This document shows positions 1-11,713 of a stretch of 64,000 nucleotides of DNA, piece after piece. The position numbers were made by a program, and so were the translations under genes. The stretch comes from an uncultured Planctomycetaceae bacterium (GTDB lineage: Bacteria > Planctomycetota > Planctomycetia > Planctomycetales > Planctomycetaceae). The notes under the pieces were generated by a model. The model was not told where the DNA came from. It was given only the letters and a program-made list of their open reading frames with translations, and did no database searches. Positions within the stretch are counted from its first letter, which is position 1, and each line of letters starts with the position of its first letter. Where the stretch lies: NCBI GenBank assembly GCA_963815195.1, contig CAWFGE010000013.1:320001-384000 (forward strand). The letters are read 5' to 3'.

Positions 1-3000
1 TCATCACCACGGGCATCATCGGGCGTTCTTTGTAGCGGTGCTGGACGAGGAAAATGTCGTGCACCGGATCGAGCCGCACTTCGCTGATCAGCCGACGGCC
101 GGGTTCCTGTTCGATGATCGAATCCACCATCGGAAACGCCTCCGGCCCGAAGGCATCGGCCGAATTGTGGGCCGCCGGTGAAGACAACAGGTTCGAGGTG
201 TTGGCGTATTTTTCCCGGCAGTAACCGAGTTCGGTAATCGCGATTTCCCGTTCCGGCAGGCCCGCGGCGATTTCATTGAGCAGATGCTCGCAGCCTTCGC
301 GGGCGGGCATGAAGGTGATGTTGTGCAACTTGGCGATGTGCTTCGATTCCGGCCGCACCGCCATCCCCACATCGTCCCACGCGTGCCAGTGGAACGTGGT
401 CACCGGGCAATCGGGCCGTTGCTTCTTATACCACGCCCCGAGCTTGGCGAGCATTTCGTTGGCGAGGCAGTAATCGGTTTGCCCCACGCCGCCGAACCGC
501 CCGCTGACCGAGCCGAACGTCACAAAAAACCCTAGCGGGTCGTTGATCGTCAAGGCCATCAGGTTCGCGGCCCCGTCGACTTTGGCCCGGATCGTGGCAT
601 CGACGAGTTCGAGCTTTTTCTTCTCGAAGCTGGCGGCCCGCTCGAAGCCCGCCCCGTGCACGATCCCGGTGATCGGGCCGCTGGTCTGGCGAATCTCCGC
701 GAGCAGTTGTTCGAGCGTCTCGCGGTCCGCAATGTCTGCGGAATGATAGCTCACATCCAGCCCCGCCTCGGCGAAGGCTTGGAGGTTCCGGTCGATCTCG
801 ACCGCCTTTTCAAATCTGGCCCAGACATCGATCGGCTTTTGACCGGCGGCGAGGGCTTCTTTCATCACGGCGGCTTTGTAGTCCTTTAAGTCGGCTGTGC
901 TAAATTGATGATACCCCGCCGGCACCAGAGGCTCTGGGCTGGAGCCGATCAAGTGCAGTTTCGCCCCGGTCCTTGAGCCGAGTTCGCGGGCGACTTCCGC
1001 CGTCACGCCCCGCGCTCCGCCCGTGACAACGAACACGCCGCCCTGCGGCAACTCGGCGGACTCGGTTTTAAGCGAAACCGCTTCCGGCCGGACCACAAAC
1101 CGCCGGCTTCCCAGGTAGCCAACTTCCAGTTCCGCATCGTTCGACAGCCATTCCCGAAGCGCGGCGTCGGCGAGTTCTTGCGGAGACATCGAAGCCGGGG
1201 CGTCGACGATTTTCGCGCGGAACGATTGCACATGCCGGGCGAGGCGGAGTTCCATCGCCACGCCTTTGACCAGGCCGGCGAGCGCACCGCTTTCCACGTT
1301 TTGCACATCGCCCGAAAACCCGAAGTCCCCGCCCAATTGCGTCAAGGCCAACAGCGAACCCTGGGCGAAGCGGTCGTCCGCGAGCATCAGTTGATACCAC
1401 TTCTGGCACACTTGATAAGGCAGCATCACCCCGCGCTGCCGGCGCTGATCCCACGCCGGCTCATCGAGATTCGTCACCGCTTCTGCAGCGCAGGTGGTCG
1501 CCAGGATCAAATGCGGCGACGGCGTGGTTTGCCAAACGGACTCCAATTTCGCCAGCAGGTTTTCGATGGATTCCTTCGCCGACAAATCCGTCACCAGAAC
1601 ATTGCACGATTGCAGTTTTTCCCGAATCGCCGCCGAGACGGGATTCTCGCCCACGATCACCACGCCGCCGGCGATTGGAGCGGTCTCGTTTTCCGGAAGC
1701 GGTTCGGTTTCGACCATCCGCATCGCGAATCGCTGGCAGACCGTTTTCTGATGGCGCTCTTCCGCTTGCCTGTAGGATTCGAGTAGTTCCTCGCGGGAAA
1801 TCGTGCTTGCGAAACTCGGCGAGGGATTTTCATTTGAAGGACCTTTTGATTCCGCGGACGAATGGGCCTGGAGTTCCGGCAGGAGTTCGCTGAGCTTCAA
1901 TTCGCAGAACTCATTTTGATGCCCGTTGGACTTGGGGCCGGCGGTGACCCACAGGTTGCCTCGGCCCGGCTCGAAAACGATGCTGATCTGGTTGTCCACT
2001 CGGCGGAGCGTGTTGATATTGGACGCGGGAACCTCGCGGCCCCGGCTGGGATCGAAGCGGTCCCGCAGGACTTGCTGTGCTCGTTCCGAAGTGATATTGC
2101 GGGGTGGATCGCCGCCCAGGAGATCGCGGAGCCGGTTCAAGCGGTGCTGCGAAGCGGCGGGGATTTCGCTGGCGAATGTCCGCATCAGCCGGTGGTTCGC
2201 GGAGATCACCGCCGGGGCGGTGGGCAGGACCTTGAGTTCGTGTCCATCGAACTCCACGTAACACACCCGGTCCGCGGCGTGATGGCTCAAGCACAAACTG
2301 AAAGCCCCGGCCTTGGGCAGTTGGCGGATGATCGCCACCGCGGTTTCGATGTCCTCCGCCTGCTCGAGCGCGGCTTTGACCATCACAATCGGCAGGCGGC
2401 CGACGGGGGACAATTCATCCTTGGGAATATCCAAGAGGGCCGCGGTGCTGATCGCCAGCCCGCGGGCGTTGATGCCGTTCAAACTGCCCACCTGCCCGGC
2501 GACGCCGAAGGTGATGCTCGCGAGCCCGTCCGCGGGTTTTCGGACTTGGATGACGCGGTCCAGACAATCCTGGACCCCCAAACCGAGCCTGAGTTCTTCA
2601 TTGGCCGCGTGGAGCAAGCCGTGATTTTGATTGAGCCGGGCCGTGACCGCGAAGTGCAACCCCCCGGCCCCGGCATCGAGATACAAGCGAAGGTTATGGG
2701 AAATCACGCTGCCCCATGTCACGTCCGCCCCCTTGGCGATGCCCCGCATTTCCTCCATGTCCCGAGGACCAAAGAAGGCGTCCGCCTGGGCCACGAGCGT
2801 TTCCATGTCCCGCATGCGGTCCCAACGGCTGCCGGCGAGGTCGGCGTACCGTCTGAGGATCGCGCGGATCTCCGCCTTGCGAGCCTGCCCGTGTTGATAG
2901 CCCATTTCATAAGGCGAGCCGGACAGCCTGAGCACATGGAGCCCGTGATGCTCTTCCACCACCGGCGATGCGTCGGCGACGGCAGATTCCACGGCCGGTT

Positions 3001-6000
3001 GTACGGAAGATGGTTCGGTGGCCCGAGCGATCCGCAGCCCGGAGGTTTGACGATCGGGATCGAGCGCCCCGGTGACTTCCACGCAGGCGCGGGCGGCGAA
3101 GAGTTGTTGGAGGCCGCTGCGCTTGGGATGATCGCAGCCGACGGTCACGAGTTCGCCATTGGGAAAGATGCGGTTGTGGAGTCCCGTGAGCACCTGCCGG
3201 GGACCGACTTCGATGATGATGTTGACCCCCTCCGCCACGAGCCGTTCTGCGAGGGCAACGTATTCCACGGGTTTCGTCATTTGGAGGACGAGGTTTTCGC
3301 GGATGTCTAACGGGTCGGCCACATAGCGGTTGGTGACGCTGCTCAACACCGGAACCTTGGGCGGCGTGATGGCGATTTGCTCGAGGGCCGCTGCGAAGGG
3401 CTTCTTGACCGGTTCCATCAGCCAGGTGTGAAACGCGGCGGGCACATCGAGAATTTTCGCTTGAAAGCCCTGTTGGATCACGGCCTCGGCCAATCGCGAG
3501 ACCGCTTCTTCCGTTCCACCCGCGACGGTCTGGTCGGGGGCGTTCTGGTGGGAGATGGCCAGGTCGGAAATCTGCCGGCAGTGGGTTTCGATCACGTCGG
3601 CGGGTGCGGAGGTGGAGACCAGGACACCGGGATTTTGGGCACAGTTGTCGATGGACTCGCAGCGGGCGCGGGTGGCGAGCACGGCTTCTTCAAAACTCCA
3701 AGCCCCGGCCGCGACCAAGGCCGCCAGTTCGCCGAAACTGTGCCCGAACACGCAATCGGGTTTGAGCCCCAGTTCGCTCACCGCCGCATACGCCAGCGTA
3801 TTCGCGACCAGCAGCGACAGCTGCGTCCGCCAGACATCGGACTCCAGCGGGTTCTCTTCCTGCCACGCGAGCTTGGCGAAGCTCGGGAGATCGAGTTTGG
3901 CGAGGACTTCGTCGAGCTTTCGGCACGTTTCCCGCGCGGGGGCGAAATCTTCCACCAAGGATTTGAGCATCCCCGTGTACTGCGATCCCTGTCCTGGAAA
4001 TGCAAACGCAATCCGCGGCGGCTCGCTGAGGACTTCATTCCAGAAGATGCCTTTGCCTTCCAGAATCGATTTCGCCGCCGGCTCCCGGCCCTGCTTGAGG
4101 AACAGATCGAGCTTCGCCGCCAGGTCGTCCGCGGACTCCGTGACGATCGCCAATCGATTGCGGTGCGACGCTTGGAAAGCCGATTGATCGGCTGCGGCAT
4201 AAAGTTTCCCGGCCTGCTCGATCGCGTCCGCGGCGGCATCCCAAAGCTCGGTTTCGTTCGCGGCCCCAATCCGCACGGTCCGCCAGGTTCCAATGGAATC
4301 TTGATCGGATTTCGCACTATCAATCGGCTTCGCGGCGTCACGGCTGGGTTTCGTGCGCGGGGCGGGAGCTTTGGGCACCTTCAATGCGCCTTCGATGATG
4401 AGGTGATACGCCACCTGGCATTGGGAGAAAGAATTGATGCCGGCGTACATTCGGCCGTCTTCGTTGAGGCCCGGCAGCTTCGCCGCGGTTCGGGAAAGAG
4501 CGAGCGTTTGCTCGTGGGATGAGATTTCCGGCCGGAGCGAATCGCCGACGACGTTGGGCGGCATCTCGGCGTGATTGAGTTCCGACATCGCCTTGAGCAA
4601 TTCGAGTGCCCCCGACACGCCGCCCGTGTGCCCGAACTGCCCGGCGACCGCGCCGATTTGAAGCTGAGCATCCCGCGGTTCGGAGCCGAAGGTCTTGACG
4701 ATGGCCGCGAGTTCGGCCTGGTCCTTTTGCGGAATGCCCGTGGCAGCCGTCTCCACGATGGAAATTTGCGACTGCGACAGCCCGGCATTCGCGTAACTGC
4801 GGTTCGGCGGCGAGCTTCAGGCCTTCTTCGAGAGATTCGCTTCGGGCCACGCCGATGCCGCGGATGATGGCATGAACGCGGTTGCCGTCGCGCTCGGCGT
4901 CGGAAAGCCGTTTGAGCAACAAGACCCCCACGCCTTCGCCGGGCACGCAGCCGTCGGCGTGTTGGTCGAAGGGACCCTTTGGCGACGTGAAGGTGAGCAG
5001 TCCATTGCGGGCCATGAGTTCATACGATCCAAAGCCCATCGCCCTATGCCCGGCGGCGCAGATCATCATGTCGCAGTCGCCCGTTTCGAGCAAATCCATG
5101 CAGGCGTTGAGAGCCGCCAACGACGAGGCATCGCCGGAGTCCACCGCCGTCGCCCCGCCCATCAGGTCGAAGGTTTTGGTGATCCGCGAGGACATGGTGC
5201 TCGCGGTGAAGCTGCCGGTCTCGTCGACCAACGCCGGCATCCGCTTGAGCAGGATTTTCTGGTACTCGTCGGCGATGCGGCCGATGGCCTTTTCCGGGAC
5301 GCCTCGTTTTCGCAGGCTGTTCGCGAGGTGCTTTTGGAACTTGGGCAGGCCCAGCCCCATTTGCAATTGCTCGCCGAAGTCGCCGCCGCAGAAAATCGTG
5401 CCCACGACCACGCCGGTCCGCAGGCGGTCGAAAGGTTTCTCCTTGCTGTATCCCGCATCCTGGAGCGCCTGGTCCGCGGCGTCGAGGAGCATGAACTGCA
5501 GCGGGTCGGCGGTGGCGATTTGCTTGGGCGGGACTTTGTGCTTTTTCCAATCGTATTCGAAATCGGTGATAAAGCCGCCGACGTTCACGGGCACTTTCCA
5601 GATCTCGTTCGATCCCGGCTCGTAGCCGAGGGACGCATCCCAGCGATTTAGCGGCACGGGGCGTTTTTGATCCTGCCCCGAAGCGAGAACGTCCCACAGA
5701 GCGTCCGCCGTCCGTGCCCCGGGAAACACGGCGCCGACGCCAATGATCGCAATCGGCTCGCAGCGCTTGCGGCTGAGAACGCGCGGTGCGCTGGTTGTCT
5801 TTTTCGATGGACCGATGAGTTGCCTGGCGGTGTCGGGGCGGCCTTCTTCCAAGACGACGTGCACATTGAGGCCGCCGATACCGAAAGCGTTGACGGCCGC
5901 TCGGCGGGGCCCGCCCGCGGCTGGTTCCGGCCAAGGCAGAGACTGTTGCGGGACGAAGAACGGCACCTGGTCCCATTGGATCGCTGGGTTTTGATGGTGG

Positions 6001-7250
6001 ATGTTGATTTGCGGCGGGATCAGGCCGTTTTTCATCGAGAGCACGGCTTTGACGAGGCTCGCCAGACCCGCCGATTCCAGCGTGTGGCCCACATTCGCTT
6101 TGACGCTGCCCACGGGAATTTTCTGGCCGGGCCGGAAGTGCTCGCCGAGGACTTTGGTGAGGGCCGCGATTTCGGTGGCGTCGCCGACCTGCGTGGAGGT
6201 GGCGTGCATTTCGACGTATTGGAGATCCTCGATCTTGAGTTCATCGTGATAAGCCCGGCGGATCGCTTCGATCTGCCCTTCCTGCCGGGGTGCCCAGAGG
6301 CTCTTGCCCTTGCCGTCGGAGGAAATCCCGATCCCGCGAATCACGGCCTGAATCTCATCGCCCGCGGCGAGCGCGGCTTCCAAAGTTTTGAGGCAGAGCA
6401 CGATGTAGCCGTCCGAAGCCACGAGGCCGTCGGCGTCGGCATCGAAGGGCCGGCTGCCCGTCGGGCTGACCGATTGGGCCTGAGAGAACAGCACCAGGCA
6501 ATCGGAATGCACATAAGACGCCCCGCCCACGATCGCCATGTCGATCTGGCCGAGTTGGAGCGCTCGAGCCGCGTGGCCCAAGGCCCGCAATGACGAAGCA
6601 CACGCGGCATCGAACGCCATGGACGGACCGTTCAAGTTGAGGCCCTGCGTAATCAAAGCCGCCGCGTGATACGCATTGGAGCACATGCGAAGCTGCGGAT
6701 GGTCGGGATGGAAGGGGCCGCGAAATTGGGCGATGATTTCGCGGATCACATCGTCCGCCTGCTCCGGCGTGAGTTGCTTGAAGTCGGCGATCTCGCGGAG
6801 ATACTGGGCCGCATGTTCCAGTTGCCGGGCATAAACCACCGCCCCGGCGAGCGCGCTGGGCGGGGTATGGCCGATGTAAACCCCCACGTTGTCGGTCGGC
6901 AATTTGAACGGATCGAGCCCCGCATGCCGGCACGCCGCAACCGCGACTTCATAGAGCCTTAAATGCACTTTGTGGGATTGGTTGATGAGCGACTGCGGCA
7001 GCGGGCTGGTTTTGGGATCGAACGGCCGCTCGGCCACCATCCCGCCCATCTTGGTGTAGGACTTGGTCTTGTGGCCTTTGTCGGGATGGTAATAGAGGGC
7101 GGGATCGAAACGTTCCGGCGGAAGCTCGCCCAGGTTGCTCAGGCCCTCGGCGAGCAAGCTCCAAAACTCGTCGAGATTGTCGGCTCCGGGCAGCCGGCAA
7201 GCCATCCCGGTGATGGCCAGGGGAATTTCCGCGTCAATGGATTTTGACAT
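1..7250 (-). CDS. Type I PKS, PUFA-synthase/Hgl-like: KS - CLF-like KS - AT - C45 Ntn-hydrolase-like - KR - DH; partial at window edge, one frameshift near 4805
   Basis: KS1 has DAACASS, EMHATST and GHTLE. KS2 has DSGDASS. After a frame change near 4805, spot translation in one frame gives FPGQGSQ and GHSFGE (AT, ~4020-3150), LRLSGSPYEMGYQHG and GSLNGINARG (C45-like, ~2950-1880), TGGARGV and GQTDYCLAN (KR) and HRYKERPMMP (DH, window edge). Confidence 0.9.
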
Positions 7251-7411
7251 TTTGGAAAAGTCAACGTGATGCAAGGCGAGGCGGGCGATATTGCATCGTG
7301 CAAAGGAACCGGCGCGAGTTCAGTTTGCGCCACATCAGGCGGGGCAGGGTGGAGTGGGCCTTCCGAACTCCGGCCGTGGGAGTTCGGAAGGCGAAGCGGA
7401 GGTTTTCGCGG

Positions 7412-8815
7412 TCAGCCCGCGGCTTTTCCCGGCGCGGCCAAGAATTCGCAGACGTGCCGCAATGTGGGGAAATCGTCGAGGGACAAATTCTCGTCGGTCA
7501 CATCGACCGAAATCGCAAATTGTTCGGCCAGTTCGCCCATCATTTGGGCTTTCTTGATGCTGTCGATGCCGAGGTCCGCTTCGAGGTCGGCATCCAACTC
7601 CACCATCTCCGGCGGGTAGCCGGTCTGCTCCACCACGAAGTTCACAAGGAACTCTTCGAGTTCATGCTGCCCCAAAGCGGACGGCGCGTCTGCCTGGGTT
7701 TCTATCTTGGTCTCGGGTTGGGCGGACGGATGAGTGCCATTCGCCGAGGGACCGGGCGGCGCGGCGGTTGTCGTGACAGGTGTCGCCGGAGCTGGAGAAA
7801 TGCTCTCGGCCACGGGGGTGGGCGTTTTCGTTTGAGGCTTCGCCGCGGTGGATCCCGAACTTGCCGATTGCAAAAACTCCATCACGTGCCGGAGCGTGGG
7901 AAAATCGTCCAGCGAGAGATTTTCATCGGCGACATCGACCGAGATGGAAAACTGCTCCGCAAGCTCGCCGAAGAGTTGAGCCTTTTTGATGCTGTCGATG
8001 CCCAGGTCGGCTTCGAGGTCGGCGTCCATTTCCACCATCTCCGGCGGGTAGCCGGTTTGCTCGACGACGAAATCGACGAGAAACGATTCCAAATCCACAT
8101 TACCCAGCGGATTCGCCGCGGGAGCCGAATCCTCTGCGGCCGGACGCGCGGAATAATGAACCGCCCCGTTCCCGTTGGCGTGCGGATTCACCGAACCATT
8201 GCTGCCCGGCTTTTCCGGCTCTCGGCTCCGGGCTCTCGGCTCTGGGCTCTGGGCCGGCTCTGGGCTCGCCGCTTTTCGCGCTCCGCTTTCCAGGAACTGC
8301 ATTACGTGGGCGAGGGTCGGAAAGTCGTCCAGCGACAAACTTTCATCGGCGACATCGACCGCGATTTCAAATTGCTCAGCGAGTTCCCCGAAGAGTTGAG
8401 CCTTCTTGATGCTGTCGATGCCCAGGTCGGCTTCGAGGTCGGCGTCCATTTCCACCATTTCGGGCGGGTAGCCGGTTTGCTCGACGACGAAATCGATCAA
8501 GAAGTTTTCCAAGTCCGCCCCGCTGAGTTGCCTGAGCGACGGGGCGGTCTTGGCGGGTTCGGGCGGATTGATGTTGAAAGCATCCAAAGTCGCCGCCGGC
8601 TCTTTTGGTTTTTCCGCTGGCTTCGGCGCAGGTTCCGGCACGGATTTCGGGGCCGGCGTTTGTTGTTGCGGTTCCGTTGCGGGCGAATCCTGCGACTTTT
8701 GGCGCATTTTCTCCTTGCGCCGCTGGGTCGCATCGAAATGGATGATTCCCGCCTCACAATCTTCAGTCAGCGCCTCGTGACCCAACATGTCGGACGCATG
8801 GATGAGTGAACTCAC
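7412..8815 (-). CDS. Stand-alone protein with three tandem acyl carrier (ACP) domains
   Basis: Three near-identical EQTGYPPEMV..DADLEADLGIDSIKKAQ units (DS phosphopantetheine site) joined by Pro/Ala-rich linkers. Confidence 0.92.
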   Translation of the reverse strand: MSSLIHASDMLGHEALTEDCEAGIIHFDATQRRKEKMRQKSQDSPATEPQQQTPAPKSVPEPAPKPAEKPKEPAATLDAFNINPPEPAKTAPSLRQLSGADLENFLIDFVVEQTGYPPEMVEMDADLEADLGIDSIKKAQLFGELAEQFEIAVDVADESLSLDDFPTLAHVMQFLESGARKAASPEPAQSPEPRARSREPEKPGSNGSVNPHANGNGAVHYSARPAAEDSAPAANPLGNVDLESFLVDFVVEQTGYPPEMVEMDADLEADLGIDSIKKAQLFGELAEQFSISVDVADENLSLDDFPTLRHVMEFLQSASSGSTAAKPQTKTPTPVAESISPAPATPVTTTAAPPGPSANGTHPSAQPETKIETQADAPSALGQHELEEFLVNFVVEQTGYPPEMVELDADLEADLGIDSIKKAQMMGELAEQFAISVDVTDENLSLDDFPTLRHVCEFLAAPGKAAG

Positions 8816-8936
8816 TTCCCACTCCGCTTATTCTAAACAATCGAAAGATCTCCCTCGCCCCTGTCCAACCAGGAGCGACCCAGCCCACTCGCGGGATCGC
8901 ACGGGTCCATCGTGCTGTCCCGCAAATGGAGACGTT

Positions 8937-10478
8937 TTATTCCCCCGGCGAGAGGTTTGGACTCTTGCCGGCGGCGATTGCCAAATTCTGCAAGGCGTCG
9001 GCGAGGTCTTCTAAGGGAACCCCGTTGCCTTCGATCACGACGCGGCCAGTCCCAATGGCCTCTCCGGCATTTGTGCGGGATTCCGCCAATTGCGCGAATG
9101 TCGTGGTGTTGAGATAGTATGTCGCCGTGCATCGTGCGCTCAAGCCCGGACGCGTGGAAATCAATTTCCCCTGTTCCAATGTTAACTCCCATTCGCCGCC
9201 GCCAGGACCGTTGATCTGCAGCCCCAAATGGATCGGCGAGGAACTTTCAACATTTTTCGCGGCGGAATCCGAAACCAGCAGCCGGCCGGGCATCGGCTTC
9301 ATGCGGGCATGCACATCAAAAGCCGGGGCCGGCGGAATCATTCGCGGCCAGCCGAAATTGTTTTCGATGGCATACCGGCACATGCGGCGGATCACCGCGT
9401 GATTCATTTCCGGGCACGGCAAATGCGGCAGGGCGTGCTCGAGGTTTCGCCGGTCGAACGTCGGATCATCCTTCCAATACGCCTGGTAAACGGTCATCCC
9501 ATCCAGAAACGACTTGCGAAACAAGTCCCAATCGATGGATTCGGGCGTCAATTCGCTTTCGTAATCCATCTTGTCCAAGAAAACCTCCTCCATCACGTCC
9601 TGAATCATCCGCACCGACGTTTTTTGCGCCGGCGTGAGATGATAGGTCTTCTGGTGAAACTTGGGGGACTGGAAAATCTCGGAAATCACGCGAGAACACC
9701 AATCCACCGGCACCAGATTTTTGCACTCGTGGCCTTCGAGCTTTAAAATCTCCCGCAGACGCTCGGAAACCATTTTGATGACTTCCGTCATGCCTTCGCG
9801 GGACGCCCCCGGCATCGCCGCCCGCGAAAGCAGCGTGGAAACCAACTTCAGCGGCACGTAAAACCCGTGAAAGGTTGTGGAATAGCCCGTTTGCGAATCG
9901 CCCAGAATGATCGCGGGCCGATAAACCGTGACCGAATCCAAAAAGTCGGCCCCGCGGACGAGCAACTCCGCCTGAAACTTGCTGATTTCATAATCGTTGC
10001 CGTGTTTTTGGCCGACGTCGAGTTCATCTTCCCTCACGATGTCCTGCCGGAGTCCGCAGACATAAGCCGTGGAGACATGATGGAACTCGCGAATCCGCGC
10101 CTGCCGGGCGAACTCGAGGAGATATTGGGTCCCGTGCAAATTCGACCGCCAAGGCTCGCCGTCCGGCGAGTCGGCGTGGAACGTCAAACTGGCGGCATTG
10201 TGCAGAATCGCCCGGCAGTTTTCGGCGGCCCATTTCGCCTCGGCCTCTGTCAGTCCCAAACCGGGCTGGCACAGATTTCCTTCAAGCACGACGGGGCGGG
10301 GCAGCGCATGGCCCGCGGCTTTTTCCCAGCGGGCGACCAGATTTTCCACGCGGTGCACCGCCGATTCAAATCGGGTGCCACGAACCAAAACCGCCAATTT
10401 CACATCGGCGCGAAGCAGATCGCGAATCAAATAGGACCCTAAAAGCCCCGTGCCGCCGGTGAGGAAAACATAACTCAT
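8937..10478 (-). CDS. Thioester/fatty-acyl reductase (extended SDR, NAD_binding_4-like) with C-terminal SCP2-like lipid-binding domain
   Basis: TGGTGLLG, HVSTAYVCG and YEISK motifs. The C-terminus GLQINGPGGGEWELTL...AIGTGRVVIEG resembles SCP2. Confidence 0.85.
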   Translation of the reverse strand: MSYVFLTGGTGLLGSYLIRDLLRADVKLAVLVRGTRFESAVHRVENLVARWEKAAGHALPRPVVLEGNLCQPGLGLTEAEAKWAAENCRAILHNAASLTFHADSPDGEPWRSNLHGTQYLLEFARQARIREFHHVSTAYVCGLRQDIVREDELDVGQKHGNDYEISKFQAELLVRGADFLDSVTVYRPAIILGDSQTGYSTTFHGFYVPLKLVSTLLSRAAMPGASREGMTEVIKMVSERLREILKLEGHECKNLVPVDWCSRVISEIFQSPKFHQKTYHLTPAQKTSVRMIQDVMEEVFLDKMDYESELTPESIDWDLFRKSFLDGMTVYQAYWKDDPTFDRRNLEHALPHLPCPEMNHAVIRRMCRYAIENNFGWPRMIPPAPAFDVHARMKPMPGRLLVSDSAAKNVESSSPIHLGLQINGPGGGEWELTLEQGKLISTRPGLSARCTATYYLNTTTFAQLAESRTNAGEAIGTGRVVIEGNGVPLEDLADALQNLAIAAGKSPNLSPGE

Positions 10479-10810
10479 CGCGTCAAACTCTTGGAGTCGG
10501 ATCCCTCCCCTCCGTTTGTATGAGATTCTCTCTAAAAGAACATCAAAAGATCGGCTGATCTTGCGTTTACGTACCCTGGCCCTCGGATGTTACGTCTTAC
10601 GAATATAATGTTGGTGCAACCCCGAATCAAGAACCAGCCTGGGTAAACTTCCTATCTTGACAAGTTGACTTCAATTCCTCTCCCTTATTACTCTGGATTC
10701 CGGTTTAGGGAGGTTTCGACGGCGGTGCGGGCCTCTTTTCCACAGATTCCTTAAGAATTCCTCCCGAAATGCGGCCGGCGATCGGCCGGTCGCCAACCCG
10801 AAAGACCTCC

Positions 10811-11502
10811 ATGACCTCCGTGATCGAAAATCCCTCCTCCCGCTCCAGCGACTCGGTCCCCTCCCCGGTTTCGAGCCACCGGCTGGGAGGTCGGACAACG
10901 AGTTCTATCGAAAGCTGCTGCACATGCTGCCGGGGCTCTTGCCGTTCGGGTTGGCGTTTCTGCCTCACGGCGACCCGCCGGATTGGATCGCCCTGGGGTG
11001 CGTGATCGGGATTTCCGCCCTGTTGACGGGAATGTATCTCGTCCTGCACCGCCGGGTCAGCCGGCCGGAGGAAGCGAACTTCTTGAGCACGGCCCTCAGT
11101 TACCCCGCCACCGTTTTGGGCACGCTGCTTGTGTTTCGCGCCCACGCCGAATTTGCGATGGTCGTGGTGATCCTGATCGCCTTCGGCGACGGCTTCGCCT
11201 ACATTTGCGGGAAGAATTTCGGGCGGCGGCGTTTGCCCTGGAACCCGGAAAAAACCTGGGCGGGCAGCATCGGGTTCATGGTGTTCTCGGCGCCGGTGGC
11301 CACGCTCGCGTTTTGGCTGGAGGCTAAGAATCCGGACGTATCGTGGCTCGTGGCGGGGGCTTGCTGCGCCACGGCTTCGCTGTTTGCCGCGGTCGCCGAA
11401 TCCTGGCCGACCCAACTCACCGACAACCTCCGCGTCGGCCTGACCGCCGCCATAACGGTTTCCGGCAGTTACTTTCTGCTCGCCGCGTGCGGCCTGCATT
11501 AA
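10811..11502 (+). CDS. Phytol/dolichol kinase-like (CTP-dependent polyprenol kinase family) membrane protein; probable frameshift near 10890
   Basis: EFYRKLLH, FGDGFAYICGKNFG, PWNPEKTWAGS and DNL motifs with several TM segments. The RKLLH frame has no upstream start codon; ATG 10811 is in another frame. Confidence 0.8.
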
Positions 11503-11713
11503 GATTCCATGTATGCTCCTGCGTCTTGCGGATCGAATTCCATGAGCCCGAATCGCCAGCGGGGGAAAATGTCGCCCGGCGGCCTGTTCCGAGTGGACTC
11601 ACTCTTTGCGAGCGGGTAGAGTCTCCCATTGGAGAAAATTGATCTATCCGTTTCTCCTCGCGTTTCGGCGTCCCGCGTTCTGCGTATTCCCCATGAAGGG
11701 AGGTCGGCTGTCG

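Noticed and set aside
2650..2676. GGCTS in an alternative frame (ORF 2479-2676) as the true C45 catalytic Cys
   Set aside because: Motifs on both sides lie in the PKS frame, so using it would need two compensating indels within a few bases. Treated as coincidence pending reads.
10600..10695. Sigma-70 promoter from TTGACA (10657) and TATAAT (10604)
   Set aside because: The boxes are in the wrong order, and no good -10 lies 16-18 nt after the TTGACA.
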